From a virus (Duplodnaviria; Caudoviricetes), in IMG/VR virus record IMGVR_UViG_3300028549_000507, positions 64,001-128,000 of that record: a stretch of DNA of 64,000 nt. One strand, given 5' to 3'. The notes beneath the pieces are model-generated. The model saw only the letters and a list, made by a program, of their open reading frames with translations. It had not been told where the DNA came from and did no database searches. The position numbers and the translations under genes were made by a program. Below are positions 1-7,610 of this stretch, in pieces (position 1 is the first letter of the stretch; each line of letters begins with the position of its first letter).

Positions 1-853
1 TCACAGAATACACTGGGTATTTTGGAATAATAGTTTCAACCCCACGAACAGGTCTAATTTGACCAACTCTATTATCAATATTTACAACAGAAGTCATACC
101 TAATGAAGTTATCAATACCTCAAGATCTAATGATAATTGTTCACTCGTAGTATATATTCTATTTCTATTTCCACCATCGGTAATATAAAGACCCTCAAGT
201 ATACCTTTTCTAAATTTTACAGATTGTTTTATAGCATCAAGATTTAGAGATTTTGAATGAGCTTTCCCTAAATTTGTCCAAGTTTGTATAAGATTTATAA
301 TGCGTTTATCACTAGTACTAACCGATACAACATTGTTTGCTATGGGATTTATATTCCAAATAGGATTTGTCAAATCTACAATCTTACCAAAGATCCCAAC
401 CTTTTCAGAATTCATACTTAAGATAAGTCTATTGTAGTTTGAAATATCGCCATTCTTACATTCGTGGATACTACTAGAGATATTTCCATCTCCTAAATAT
501 GCCCCAACAATAATACCGTCTTCATATGAGATATCCAACTCACTATTAGATCCGAGTACAGATGAGTTCAACATTAGATAATTTGATCTAGATAGTTTAT
601 CAGTTCGAATATCTCCAGTCATTGTTGGAAATAAATGATCCTCAGTAGCAATCATTACCTTATTGTTGGTAGTTTCGATTCTATACATAGATTTATTATC
701 TCTAGGAATCTTAACTAGTTCACCATTACACCAAGAACCATCGTGGAAGATTTTATATTTACCAATATTAGAGTTATATAACTCTTCAAATGAGAGTCTC
801 ATAACTCCATCTTTTTTACTATTGATCAAGCAATCCTCACCACCATCGAAGCA
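1..853 (-). mobile_element. Intein with LAGLIDADG homing endonuclease inserted in NrdD (C-terminal end outside the window)
   Basis: Block A CFDGGED starts at 853 right after extein SMC; block B ATEDHLFPT; LAGLIDADG-like motifs GIIVGAYLGDG and KGILEGLYITDG. Confidence 0.88.
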
Positions 854-1984
854 GCACATCGACACTCTATTGCCAGTACTTACATTGATATTGTATCTAT
901 GCATTTCTCGTACAGCAACTTTTTTAAGAAAGTCTTGTTCAACTACACGGAATTTACCAGTCTCATCATCAAATACTTTAGTCATATTTATTGTAGATAC
1001 TGGGAATGTGATCTGTCGATTATTCTTTGTTTGGTCACCTTTTTCAAAGATATCCATATAGATATTTTGAAGTTCAACAATCAAATCTGCGATATAATTA
1101 ACTTTTTCATCACCATGTAAATAATCGGTATCCATGAACATGTGTTCCATAGTACCATATATCCCTTTAATTTTAGTTCTATCAAAGATAGAAATATTGG
1201 TAAAAGGAGATTCTGCACCATTTCTAGATGTGTGATTTACTGAGTGAATAATTGTCTGGAATAGATTTTCAAGAGTCTTTCTAACTATATAATTAGTTTT
1301 AATATCCTCAAGATTAACTCTACCTATAGATGTATTTACACCATCTGCGTACATAATAAGATGGGCAATATCAAAGAATAGAGTTGAGATAGCAATAGCA
1401 CCAGCCAAACTATTACTCATCTCATGAACGGTTTCTAAAACCTGTTGGATATAACTATCAACACGTTTTGCAGGAGCCGAATGAAGAACTCCCCAAGGTC
1501 TACCCTCGATAATCAATTTACTAAAGTCAGCAGCATAACAATATACAGAAAGAATTTGTGTACTATCGCTAACGGTAAGATCGAAAGAATACAGTAATCC
1601 AGATAAGCGTTTAGCTTCTTCTTTACCATAGATTTCTTTCATAGCTCTATATAGATAGTCATATCCTGTAATCTTTTGGAAGCTAGCTTGAGCATCTGCA
1701 AAGATCTGTTTGATAGTCTTCTCTGTTTTATTAGAGTTATCATCTACCATACCGGCAATAGTATCTTGTTTAAACTGTGCTGACATAGACATTTCAACAT
1801 TTTTTACAAAGTCGAAATTCGCAGGAGCCATTCCATGAATTTTCATAAGTTCATGAGCAACATTATCAATATGATCTTCAGGAATAATTCCGGAGTGTCT
1901 CAGGTTATCCTTAAGAGTATTTGAAATATTCTTCTGCAGTCTACTTGTTTTCGACGAGTAGTCGAATTCTAAGGTCTCATTCAT
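1..1984 (-). CDS. nrdD: Class III (anaerobic) ribonucleotide reductase large subunit, intein-containing, runs off the window start
   Basis: Not in the ORF track (no stop in window). Hand translation from ATG at 1984: MNETLEFDYSSK...YCYAADFSKLIIEGRPWG...HEMSNSLAGAIA...HTSRNGAESPFTNISIFD...FPVSTIN...RVSMC|CFDG. Open frame to position 1; adjacent to nrdG. Confidence 0.88.
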   Translation of the reverse strand, partial: MNETLEFDYSSKTSRLQKNISNTLKDNLRHSGIIPEDHIDNVAHELMKIHGMAPANFDFVKNVEMSMSAQFKQDTIAGMVDDNSNKTEKTIKQIFADAQASFQKITGYDYLYRAMKEIYGKEEAKRLSGLLYSFDLTVSDSTQILSVYCYAADFSKLIIEGRPWGVLHSAPAKRVDSYIQQVLETVHEMSNSLAGAIAISTLFFDIAHLIMYADGVNTSIGRVNLEDIKTNYIVRKTLENLFQTIIHSVNHTSRNGAESPFTNISIFDRTKIKGIYGTMEHMFMDTDYLHGDEKVNYIADLIVELQNIYMDIFEKGDQTKNNRQITFPVSTINMTKVFDDETGKFRVVEQDFLKKVAVREMHRYNINVSTGNRVSMCCFDGGEDCLINSKKDGVMRLSFEELYNSNIGKYKIFHDGSWCNGELVKIPRDNKSMYRIETTNNKVMIATEDHLFPTMTGDIRTDKLSRSNYLMLNSSVLGSNSELDISYEDGIIVGAYLGDGNISSSIHECKNGDISNYNRLILSMNSEKVGIFGKIVDLTNPIWNINPIANNVVSVSTSDKRIINLIQTWTNLGKAHSKSLNLDAIKQSVKFRKGILEGLYITDGGNRNRIYTTSEQLSLDLEVLITSLGMTSVVNIDNRVGQIRPVRGVETIIPKYPVYSV

Positions 1985-2036
1985 TTGTACGCCTTTCTCC
2001 AATATTACCACATTTGAAAATATTAGAAATAGAAAG

Positions 2037-2546
2037 TTATTTGTATTTAAAAACGCCGTCGATACTTAATAGATTGAACTCTTTATCATAAATCTTTTGA
2101 TTTTTAGATGCGAGTATCAAACTATCGTCTGTGAGTTTTGATTTTTGGATCTTTTTCCTATCAAATACACCAGACTTTAAGAATGTGAATGGGATACTAT
2201 TATCTCGAGCTACATTGATATCATATCCGGTATAGATTATTAAATTATAACCGGTATCCAATAGTTTTGTAGATAATAGTTTGGTTAACTCAATATTATT
2301 CTTGAATAGAGGATCTCCTCCAACAAATGATACATTTTTAGTGCGAGATCTTCTGCACCGTGATATTATTTCTAAGTAAGCTCTATCTGAGAACTCTTCA
2401 ATATCATCTACAACTTCGGCAGGAATTGCCAATGAAGGGTTGTGACAGTCTTTACAACCTATGTCACAACCCTGAAAGAATACAGATACACACATACAAC
2501 TACTATCTGGGTAATCTATAAAATTACTTTCAATATAAGTTATCAT
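2037..2546 (-). CDS. nrdG: Anaerobic RNR activating protein (radical SAM)
   Basis: FFQGCDIGCKDCHNP (CxxxCxxC), VSFVGGDPL, IYTGY; directly upstream of nrdD. Confidence 0.92.
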   Translation of the reverse strand: MITYIESNFIDYPDSSCMCVSVFFQGCDIGCKDCHNPSLAIPAEVVDDIEEFSDRAYLEIISRCRRSRTKNVSFVGGDPLFKNNIELTKLLSTKLLDTGYNLIIYTGYDINVARDNSIPFTFLKSGVFDRKKIQKSKLTDDSLILASKNQKIYDKEFNLLSIDGVFKYK

Positions 2547-3013
2547 TGTACACCTGTATGACCAAATCCACCATCACCACGAACTGTTTCACTAAGGGTT
2601 TCTGCTACAACATAGCGGGCATGAGAAACTTTTGCAAGCACCAATTGTGCAATGCGTTCTCCTCTGCGTATTGCGAAGTCGACCTTAGAGTGGTTTATTA
2701 ATATAACCTTAACTTCTCCACGATAGTCGGAATCAATTGTTCCGGGAGTATTCAATACAGTTACTCCGAATTTGGCAGCAAGTCCACTTCTAGGTCTAAC
2801 CTGAATCTCTAATCCATGAGGAATCTCGAAAGAAAGGCCTGTTGGGACTTCCATAATACTTCCTGGCATTAGAATTGTTTCTTCTTCAATACAAGCACAA
2901 ATATCTGAACCAGATGCACCTTCGCTCATTAGTCTTGGCAATGAGATATCATCTCCAAAGTTTTCAAGTTTAACAGTATTAATTGCAACTTGACTAGAAC
3001 ATCCACAACCCAT
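2543..3013 (-). CDS. dut: Trimeric dUTPase
   Basis: Motifs RSGLA, GTIDSDYRGE, RIAQL, RGDGGFGHTG. Start placed at ATG 3013 behind a GGAGG SD (track start 3049). Confidence 0.95.
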   Translation of the reverse strand: MGCGCSSQVAINTVKLENFGDDISLPRLMSEGASGSDICACIEEETILMPGSIMEVPTGLSFEIPHGLEIQVRPRSGLAAKFGVTVLNTPGTIDSDYRGEVKVILINHSKVDFAIRRGERIAQLVLAKVSHARYVVAETLSETVRGDGGFGHTGVQ

Positions 3014-3077
3014 ACGATCCTCCAATAAAAATAATAATCCGTCAATCAAATGTTTGACTTCTATTTATTTTTTATTG

Positions 3078-3109
3078 AAAAAAAAAAGTACACATCCGAA
3101 ATTGTGTAC
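3078..3109 (-). terminator. Intrinsic terminator
   Basis: GTACACA-8nt-TGTGTAC hairpin followed by T10 on the minus strand. Confidence 0.7.
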
Positions 3110-3120
3110 AAAAATCATTA

Positions 3121-3132
3121 CACTTATATGTT
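3121..3132 (-). promoter_or_regulatory. AACA-N6-TR (late-type) promoter motif
   Basis: AACA TATAAG TG upstream of dut, but it lies 5' of the 3078-3109 terminator. Confidence 0.4.
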
Positions 3133-3190
3133 AAAATGTTATGACTAAATCTTTTAAGAAGTTTCTCAAAACTTCGATACACTCTCTCAC
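3131..3190 (-). CDS. Putative 19-aa micro-ORF MRECIEVLRNFLKDLVITF
   Basis: GTG start with AGGGG SD, between early-type motif 3224-3239 and terminator 3078-3109. Confidence 0.4.
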   Translation of the reverse strand: MRECIEVLRNFLKDLVITF

Positions 3191-3223
3191 GATATCCCCT
3201 AGATATTTATTAGTATTGTATTA

Positions 3224-3239
3224 CACTAATAAATATATA
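3224..3239 (-). promoter_or_regulatory. TATATAT-N7-YR (early-type) promoter motif
   Basis: TATATAT TTATTAG TG. Confidence 0.6.
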
Positions 3240-3264
3240 CATCAAAAAGAAGTCAAAAAATCAA

Positions 3265-3290
3265 TAGTGTAGGGATTTCTCCCTACACTA
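3265..3290 (-). terminator. Hairpin terminator after the small-gene cluster
   Basis: TAGTGTAGGGA-TTTC-TCCCTACACTA 11-bp stem with T-rich tail on the minus strand. Confidence 0.65.
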
Positions 3291-3296
3291 ATTACT

Positions 3297-3551
3297 CTAA
3301 ACGATATCATCTCTATTAAACATCTTTTCAAAACTAAATCGTTTATTTCCACTAAAATGGATATCGACAAATTCGGATAATTCTCTAGACCACAACGATC
3401 CCACAGGATGATCTCCACCATCATCTAGTTGTAAGTAGTTTACAATATCCTTTTTACAATCATTAGCCCATCTAGATATACTTATTACAAGGTATCTCTT
3501 ACCTTTCCAATGTTTATAAATACCACCTACTATAACTCTTTCATTAGGCAT
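3297..3551 (-). CDS. DUF1653-like small protein
   Basis: GGIYKHWKGKRYLV...VNYLQL...WSRELSEF pattern. Confidence 0.7.
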   Translation of the reverse strand: MPNERVIVGGIYKHWKGKRYLVISISRWANDCKKDIVNYLQLDDGGDHPVGSLWSRELSEFVDIHFSGNKRFSFEKMFNRDDIV

Positions 3552-3578
3552 ATTATACCACTTCTTACTATGTATTAT

Positions 3579-3965
3579 TTATACTTCTGTAATATATGTG
3601 ACGAACTTTGAAGTTATCGGACCATCATGTATTAATGATAAAAATTCCAACCATTCATCAACATAAACTCCATCAGAATTTCTATTTATACACATTCTCC
3701 AATTAACTCTTCTAACTCCGTCAATTCTAGATGTAGAATTAGTTTCATCAAAGTTTAAACATCTGACATTATAAAAATCAACACGACCAATTACAATTCC
3801 ATAGCAATGTTTAACAGATATAGATATAATTGTATCTTTATCTGTTCTAAGTGTAGTGTTTCCTGTTTCATCAATTATGAGTAAGCTCTCATAAATTTTA
3901 GATGCAGTCGGAAGTTTATCTTTAACATTGTAAACGTAATTATCTATTTTAATCTCGTTAGACAT
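3579..3965 (-). CDS. Hypothetical protein
   Basis: ORF with GGAG SD, co-oriented in the cluster. Confidence 0.7.
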   Translation of the reverse strand: MSNEIKIDNYVYNVKDKLPTASKIYESLLIIDETGNTTLRTDKDTIISISVKHCYGIVIGRVDFYNVRCLNFDETNSTSRIDGVRRVNWRMCINRNSDGVYVDEWLEFLSLIHDGPITSKFVTYITEV

Positions 3966-4137
3966 ATTGGACTCCTGATGACCTTGCCACGCATGATATT
4001 AATTTAGAATTTAGTTGAATTACTTTCTTCTGCTCATCGATAATCATTTTAGTAAGATCTTCTTTACTATATTCAATATAACCGTGCTCATACTGAAAAT
4101 GATTAAGAACTCCATCTATAACTTTATCTTGCATCAT
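3958..4137 (-). CDS. Hypothetical 59-aa protein (MMQDKVIDGVLNHFQYEHG...)
   Basis: Hand-translated; ATGA overlap with the upstream gene; fills the gap. Confidence 0.65.
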   Translation of the reverse strand: MMQDKVIDGVLNHFQYEHGYIEYSKEDLTKMIIDEQKKVIQLNSKLISCVARSSGVQYV

Positions 4138-4367
4138 TCAACCTTATTCAATGGGTCCAAATACTTTACAGTTTCAAGTATTATTGCATCTCTAGCGAGT
4201 ATATCGATTTTACCATCATTATAGTCTTTATAAATCTTCACAATTGAATCTTCACAATGAGGGATATATTTTGTAGTTTTACCACTCGAAATATTAGCAG
4301 AAACCATCAGAAGTACTATTATACTTAATATAAGAACTACTGATAAAACTTCTTTAATATTTTCCAC
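4134..4367 (-). CDS. Small membrane-anchored hypothetical protein
   Basis: N-terminal hydrophobic helix VLSVVLILSIIVLLMVSA. Confidence 0.7.
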   Translation of the reverse strand: MENIKEVLSVVLILSIIVLLMVSANISSGKTTKYIPHCEDSIVKIYKDYNDGKIDILARDAIILETVKYLDPLNKVE

Positions 4368-4368
4368 T

Positions 4369-4769
4369 TTAAACCTCTCCGTCTGCTATTGTTTTCAATA
4401 TTCTATATACAACATCCTCCGGAGTATGTCCATCATACTCGTGGATACTAGTCTCATATGAAGGAATTTTAAATACTTCCCAATACTTTATATTGTAATG
4501 GTTAGATATACATCCTGAAGGTAGCTTAGCGCTAACTATAAACATATCATCTTTCCCAAAACAAGCTTCACCATCATGATGCTTCATACTTTTATGAACT
4601 TCATACATACCTTCTGATGCCCATTTATTGAATATCAATGCATTGTAGATAGTTCTAAACACATACAATTCTTCAAAGGTATGATAACCATCATTAACTT
4701 TAGAAGCATCTTCGACCGTTGCGATTTCAATCTTCTCTTTTCCATCATCCTTGTAGAATACAGATTCCA
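4369..4769 (-). CDS. Phage protein resembling the WDGH-domain family
   Basis: DGYHTFEELY...HHDG...FIVSAKLPSGCISNHY...YDGHT. Start taken at ATG 4769 (GGAG SD); a longer start is possible. Confidence 0.65.
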
Positions 4770-4846
4770 TAATAGCTCCTAATACTGTTAAAATTAGTTT
4801 TATAAGTTTGGATATTATAACTTTAAATATAGAAAACATGTAGCCC

Positions 4847-5050
4847 TCATCGTTTATTTGATAAATGTTTTGTAATTTTCTTACCATAACTACCATACAG
4901 TTTATAGGATTGTATACCTATTTTACAACTGTCGTATGAATTTGATTCACAATTTTTATTATCACAATAGTTAATAGGTACAACTTTTGAGAATGCACTC
5001 GGATTAGAGTATTTATTAACTTTCCTCCATTGAAATTTAGACTTCACCAT
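4847..5050 (-). CDS. Small Cys-containing hypothetical protein
   Basis: ORF just downstream of promoter motifs at 5078-5109. Confidence 0.5.
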   Translation of the reverse strand: MVKSKFQWRKVNKYSNPSAFSKVVPINYCDNKNCESNSYDSCKIGIQSYKLYGSYGKKITKHLSNKR

Positions 5051-5077
5051 AATGTAAACCCACCCAGTTTTAAATTA

Positions 5078-5109
5078 CATTTGGTTGTTGGATCGTTATT
5101 TAATATATA
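5078..5109 (-). promoter_or_regulatory. Tandem early-type (5094-5109) and late-type (5078-5089) motifs
   Basis: TATATAT TAAATAA CG and AACA ACCAAA TG. Confidence 0.55.
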
Positions 5110-5126
5110 AACTATATTAGTTATTG

Positions 5127-5157
5127 AAAAAAAAAGTAGGGGGAGAATTTCTCCCCC
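5127..5157 (-). terminator. Intrinsic terminator
   Basis: GGGGGAGA-3nt-TCTCCCCC hairpin followed within 4 nt by T9 on the minus strand. Confidence 0.75.
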
Positions 5158-5167
5158 AGTATTATGA

Positions 5168-5221
5168 TTAATCTTCATCGCACAATGGCGGAAGAGTAAC
5201 CCAAGTATTTGGATGCAACAT
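5168..5221 (-). CDS. Putative 17-aa micro-ORF MLHPNTWVTLPPLCDED
   Basis: AAGGAGG SD 5 nt before ATG; sits alone between early motif 5320-5335 and terminator 5127-5157. Confidence 0.55.
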   Translation of the reverse strand: MLHPNTWVTLPPLCDED

Positions 5222-5319
5222 AGCATCCTCCTTTTCAATATGTCCACTTCCCTTAAATCAGGGGTCAATACATTGATAGACTTTCAATGTATTCAGATGA
5301 TCAATATTGTATATTTCAT

Positions 5320-5335
5320 CACTATTAAATATATA
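5320..5335 (-). promoter_or_regulatory. Early-type promoter motif
   Basis: TATATAT TTAATAG TG. Confidence 0.65.
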
Positions 5336-5373
5336 ATCTATATGTACGGTTATTACAAAAATAACAATCATTA

Positions 5374-5385
5374 AACAATTTAATG
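5374..5385 (+). promoter_or_regulatory. Late-type promoter motif for thyX
   Basis: AACA ATTTAA TG, ending 38 nt before the ATG. Confidence 0.6.
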
Positions 5386-5422
5386 TGGATATTTAACCAA
5401 AATTTATTAAAAGGCGTTTTAC

Positions 5423-6805
5423 ATGAATGTTCAAGCTATTTCAATCGTACCTCCAACAGAAGCTAAAGATAACTATGCACTGACTCCAGAGCTTTGTGCT
5501 GCTGTATTGGCTAAGTTTTCAAGATCAAATGATGGTTTAGATACAATTATGAAAAATGTTGATATCGAAAACTCTCAGAAATCAGTAGATAACATATTTA
5601 AGTTTATCGATTATGGACATGCTTCTATTGGTGGTCTTACTGGCGGGATTCCGATTGTATTGGACGGAATTTCGATGTTCTTGGCATACAAACTATTCGA
5701 TATTGCACAACTTACAGATGGTCAGGAATCATCTACTCGATATATTACTATGACAAAAGAATCTCTTTTAAGTCCTGAGGAAATGGGTATTGATGATCCA
5801 GAACTTGCGGAACAATATCTTTCGGTTATGGGTGAAGCGTTTGATGTATATAATGAAGTATACAATGATCTCGATAGACTCGCAAAAGAACAACCTGAAT
5901 TAACTCGTATTCCAAAAGACGTAGCTCCTAAAGTAAGAGAGCGTATGCTTAAAAATTACGCATTAGATAGAGCTCGCTATTTCATTCCGTTCGGAACAAA
6001 GACATCTGCAGCATATATTATGACTGCTCGAGTATGGGCTGATACGATTAAACGTCTTGAATCATACGAAGTACCAGAGTTTAAAGAAGCTGCTTCTAAA
6101 ATTCGAGTTGAACTTGAGAAGTATTCTAAAAACCTCATCAGACATAGTCATGCTGATGATAACTCGATTTATGTTGCGAAGATGGAAAGTGATCTTTGGT
6201 TTAATAGTGACACTGAATATGATTCTGAAATTATTGGGTTGTATGATAGTGAACATTATACTCAACTTGATGATTTTAATCATAAAATCGATACAAGATA
6301 TGATGATTATGATGTACTTCAATCCGTTAAAACAAAATTGAACAGATATGCTCAATATTGTCATGAGATTAAGAACCGCACAATCAGATTTCTTATTAAA
6401 GGTATTACTATTGCGGAACTTCGCGACCTAAATAGACATAGATCAGGACATCGTTTCTCGGATCTTAATGTTCGCGGACTTTATATTAGTAAAGAAGTTC
6501 GTGATATGAAGAATCCTAAAATTGATGAGTTCCTTTCAAGATATGTTGATCTTGTTAGAAATATGAAAGATTACTCTTATGGTAATGAGTTGAATATCAT
6601 TCCATATAGCTTCCTCCTAGGAACTCAGGTAGATTTCGAACACACTACTCAGTTGGATAAATTTATCTATGAAGCTGAGCTTAGAACTGGCCTTGGTTCT
6701 CACTATATGTATGCTCACCACTTTACTTGTTTAACAATGGACTTTATTGATAAAAATCCATTGTTTGAAGATTATATCGAACTCGGTACAGCCGAGCCGG
6801 AATAA
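5423..6805 (+). CDS. thyX: FAD-dependent thymidylate synthase (long ThyX/Thy1 type)
   Basis: AKFSRS, DYGHASI, QESSTRY, DRARYFIP, RDLNRHR motifs. Confidence 0.85.
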   Translation: MNVQAISIVPPTEAKDNYALTPELCAAVLAKFSRSNDGLDTIMKNVDIENSQKSVDNIFKFIDYGHASIGGLTGGIPIVLDGISMFLAYKLFDIAQLTDGQESSTRYITMTKESLLSPEEMGIDDPELAEQYLSVMGEAFDVYNEVYNDLDRLAKEQPELTRIPKDVAPKVRERMLKNYALDRARYFIPFGTKTSAAYIMTARVWADTIKRLESYEVPEFKEAASKIRVELEKYSKNLIRHSHADDNSIYVAKMESDLWFNSDTEYDSEIIGLYDSEHYTQLDDFNHKIDTRYDDYDVLQSVKTKLNRYAQYCHEIKNRTIRFLIKGITIAELRDLNRHRSGHRFSDLNVRGLYISKEVRDMKNPKIDEFLSRYVDLVRNMKDYSYGNELNIIPYSFLLGTQVDFEHTTQLDKFIYEAELRTGLGSHYMYAHHFTCLTMDFIDKNPLFEDYIELGTAEPE

Positions 6806-6900
6806 AAAAAAATAAGTATTGTTTTACCACTAAACTAATAATGGGCTCTACCCATTATGCGGGATTCGGACCCGCGACTGTATACCTAATCTCTAGAGTC
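6804..6900 (-). ncRNA. Circularly permuted tRNA-like small RNA (T arm - loop-closed acceptor stem - D arm - U9 tail)
   Basis: T arm GCGGG/TCCGAAT/CCCGC (6875-6859); acceptor ATAATGG (6858-6852) with CCATTAT (6844-6838); U8 A9; D arm GTTT/AGTGGTA/AAAC (6835-6821); ends pair as GGTAT/ATACT; promoter motif immediately upstream. Confidence 0.8.
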
Positions 6901-6915
6901 ACTATTATATATGTA
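6900..6915 (-). promoter_or_regulatory. Early-type promoter motif driving the tRNA-like RNA
   Basis: TACATAT ATAATAG TG (one mismatch to consensus); predicted +1 = G6900; no CDS downstream on this strand. Confidence 0.6.
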
Positions 6916-6931
6916 TGTAAAATTTATTTTA

Positions 6932-6943
6932 AACATATCAATA
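6932..6943 (+). promoter_or_regulatory. Late-type promoter motif
   Basis: AACA TATCAA TA before ATG 6968. Confidence 0.55.
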
Positions 6944-6967
6944 GTGACAACTCTTATTAAAGGAATA

Positions 6968-7567
6968 ATGATGGAAACCCAAATTCAAGTATTTAACAGA
7001 CTATGTGCTCTAACGGGAACAGTCACAGTATTGGCTGCTGATGAAATTCTCATGCCTCATTGTGCTGATATTGGCGGAAGAGAAGATTATATAAGATCTA
7101 GTAAAGAAGAATTTTATATAACAAAAGAAAACTACCCAATACATATCGGTAAGACAGTGGTATGCCCTATCGTTCAGAAGAATAGTACAACTAGATTCGC
7201 AGATTCTATTGTAACTCTTACATCTGACAATATCCATAAATATATTACTAATAACTATACATATAGAGAAGCTAAGGATCCTACTGGATATGTTAATCGT
7301 TATGAAGTATTTACTATAAATGCCATGGGTAAATCTTATACAAATATCCTAACCGGAACAGTCGTAACTCATACCGATGCCAATAATGATTCTACAGTAT
7401 CATTCTTGATTGATACCGATATCAGCGATTCTATTTCTGCATATTCTCCTACTATAGATAGGAATTATACGTATGAAGGGAAACAAGGATATTTGAGAAA
7501 AAGAGTTATAATGAATGTTAGAAACATCGATACTCTTGAATTTGAAATCTTTAAAGTGCATCCATAA
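6968..7567 (+). CDS. Hypothetical protein
   Basis: ORF; start moved to ATG 6968 (AAGGA SD, downstream of the promoter motif). Confidence 0.75.
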   Translation: MMETQIQVFNRLCALTGTVTVLAADEILMPHCADIGGREDYIRSSKEEFYITKENYPIHIGKTVVCPIVQKNSTTRFADSIVTLTSDNIHKYITNNYTYREAKDPTGYVNRYEVFTINAMGKSYTNILTGTVVTHTDANNDSTVSFLIDTDISDSISAYSPTIDRNYTYEGKQGYLRKRVIMNVRNIDTLEFEIFKVHP

Positions 7568-7577
7568 AATACTATAA

Positions 7578-7605
7578 ATAGTGGTGAGTGTAAACTCACC
7601 ACTAT
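7578..7605. terminator. Bidirectional hairpin between convergent genes
   Basis: ATAGTGGTGAG-TGTAAA-CTCACCACTAT. Confidence 0.7.
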
Positions 7606-7610
7606 TATTA

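Noticed and set aside
5044-5268. 74-aa track ORF
   Set aside because: Crosses a strong terminator and two promoter motifs; the SD supports the out-of-frame 17-aa ORF instead.
6804-6900. Canonical tRNA or two-piece tmRNA gene
   Set aside because: Arm order is permuted, there is no anticodon loop with U33 and no CCA, and no tag-reading frame or pseudoknots follow.
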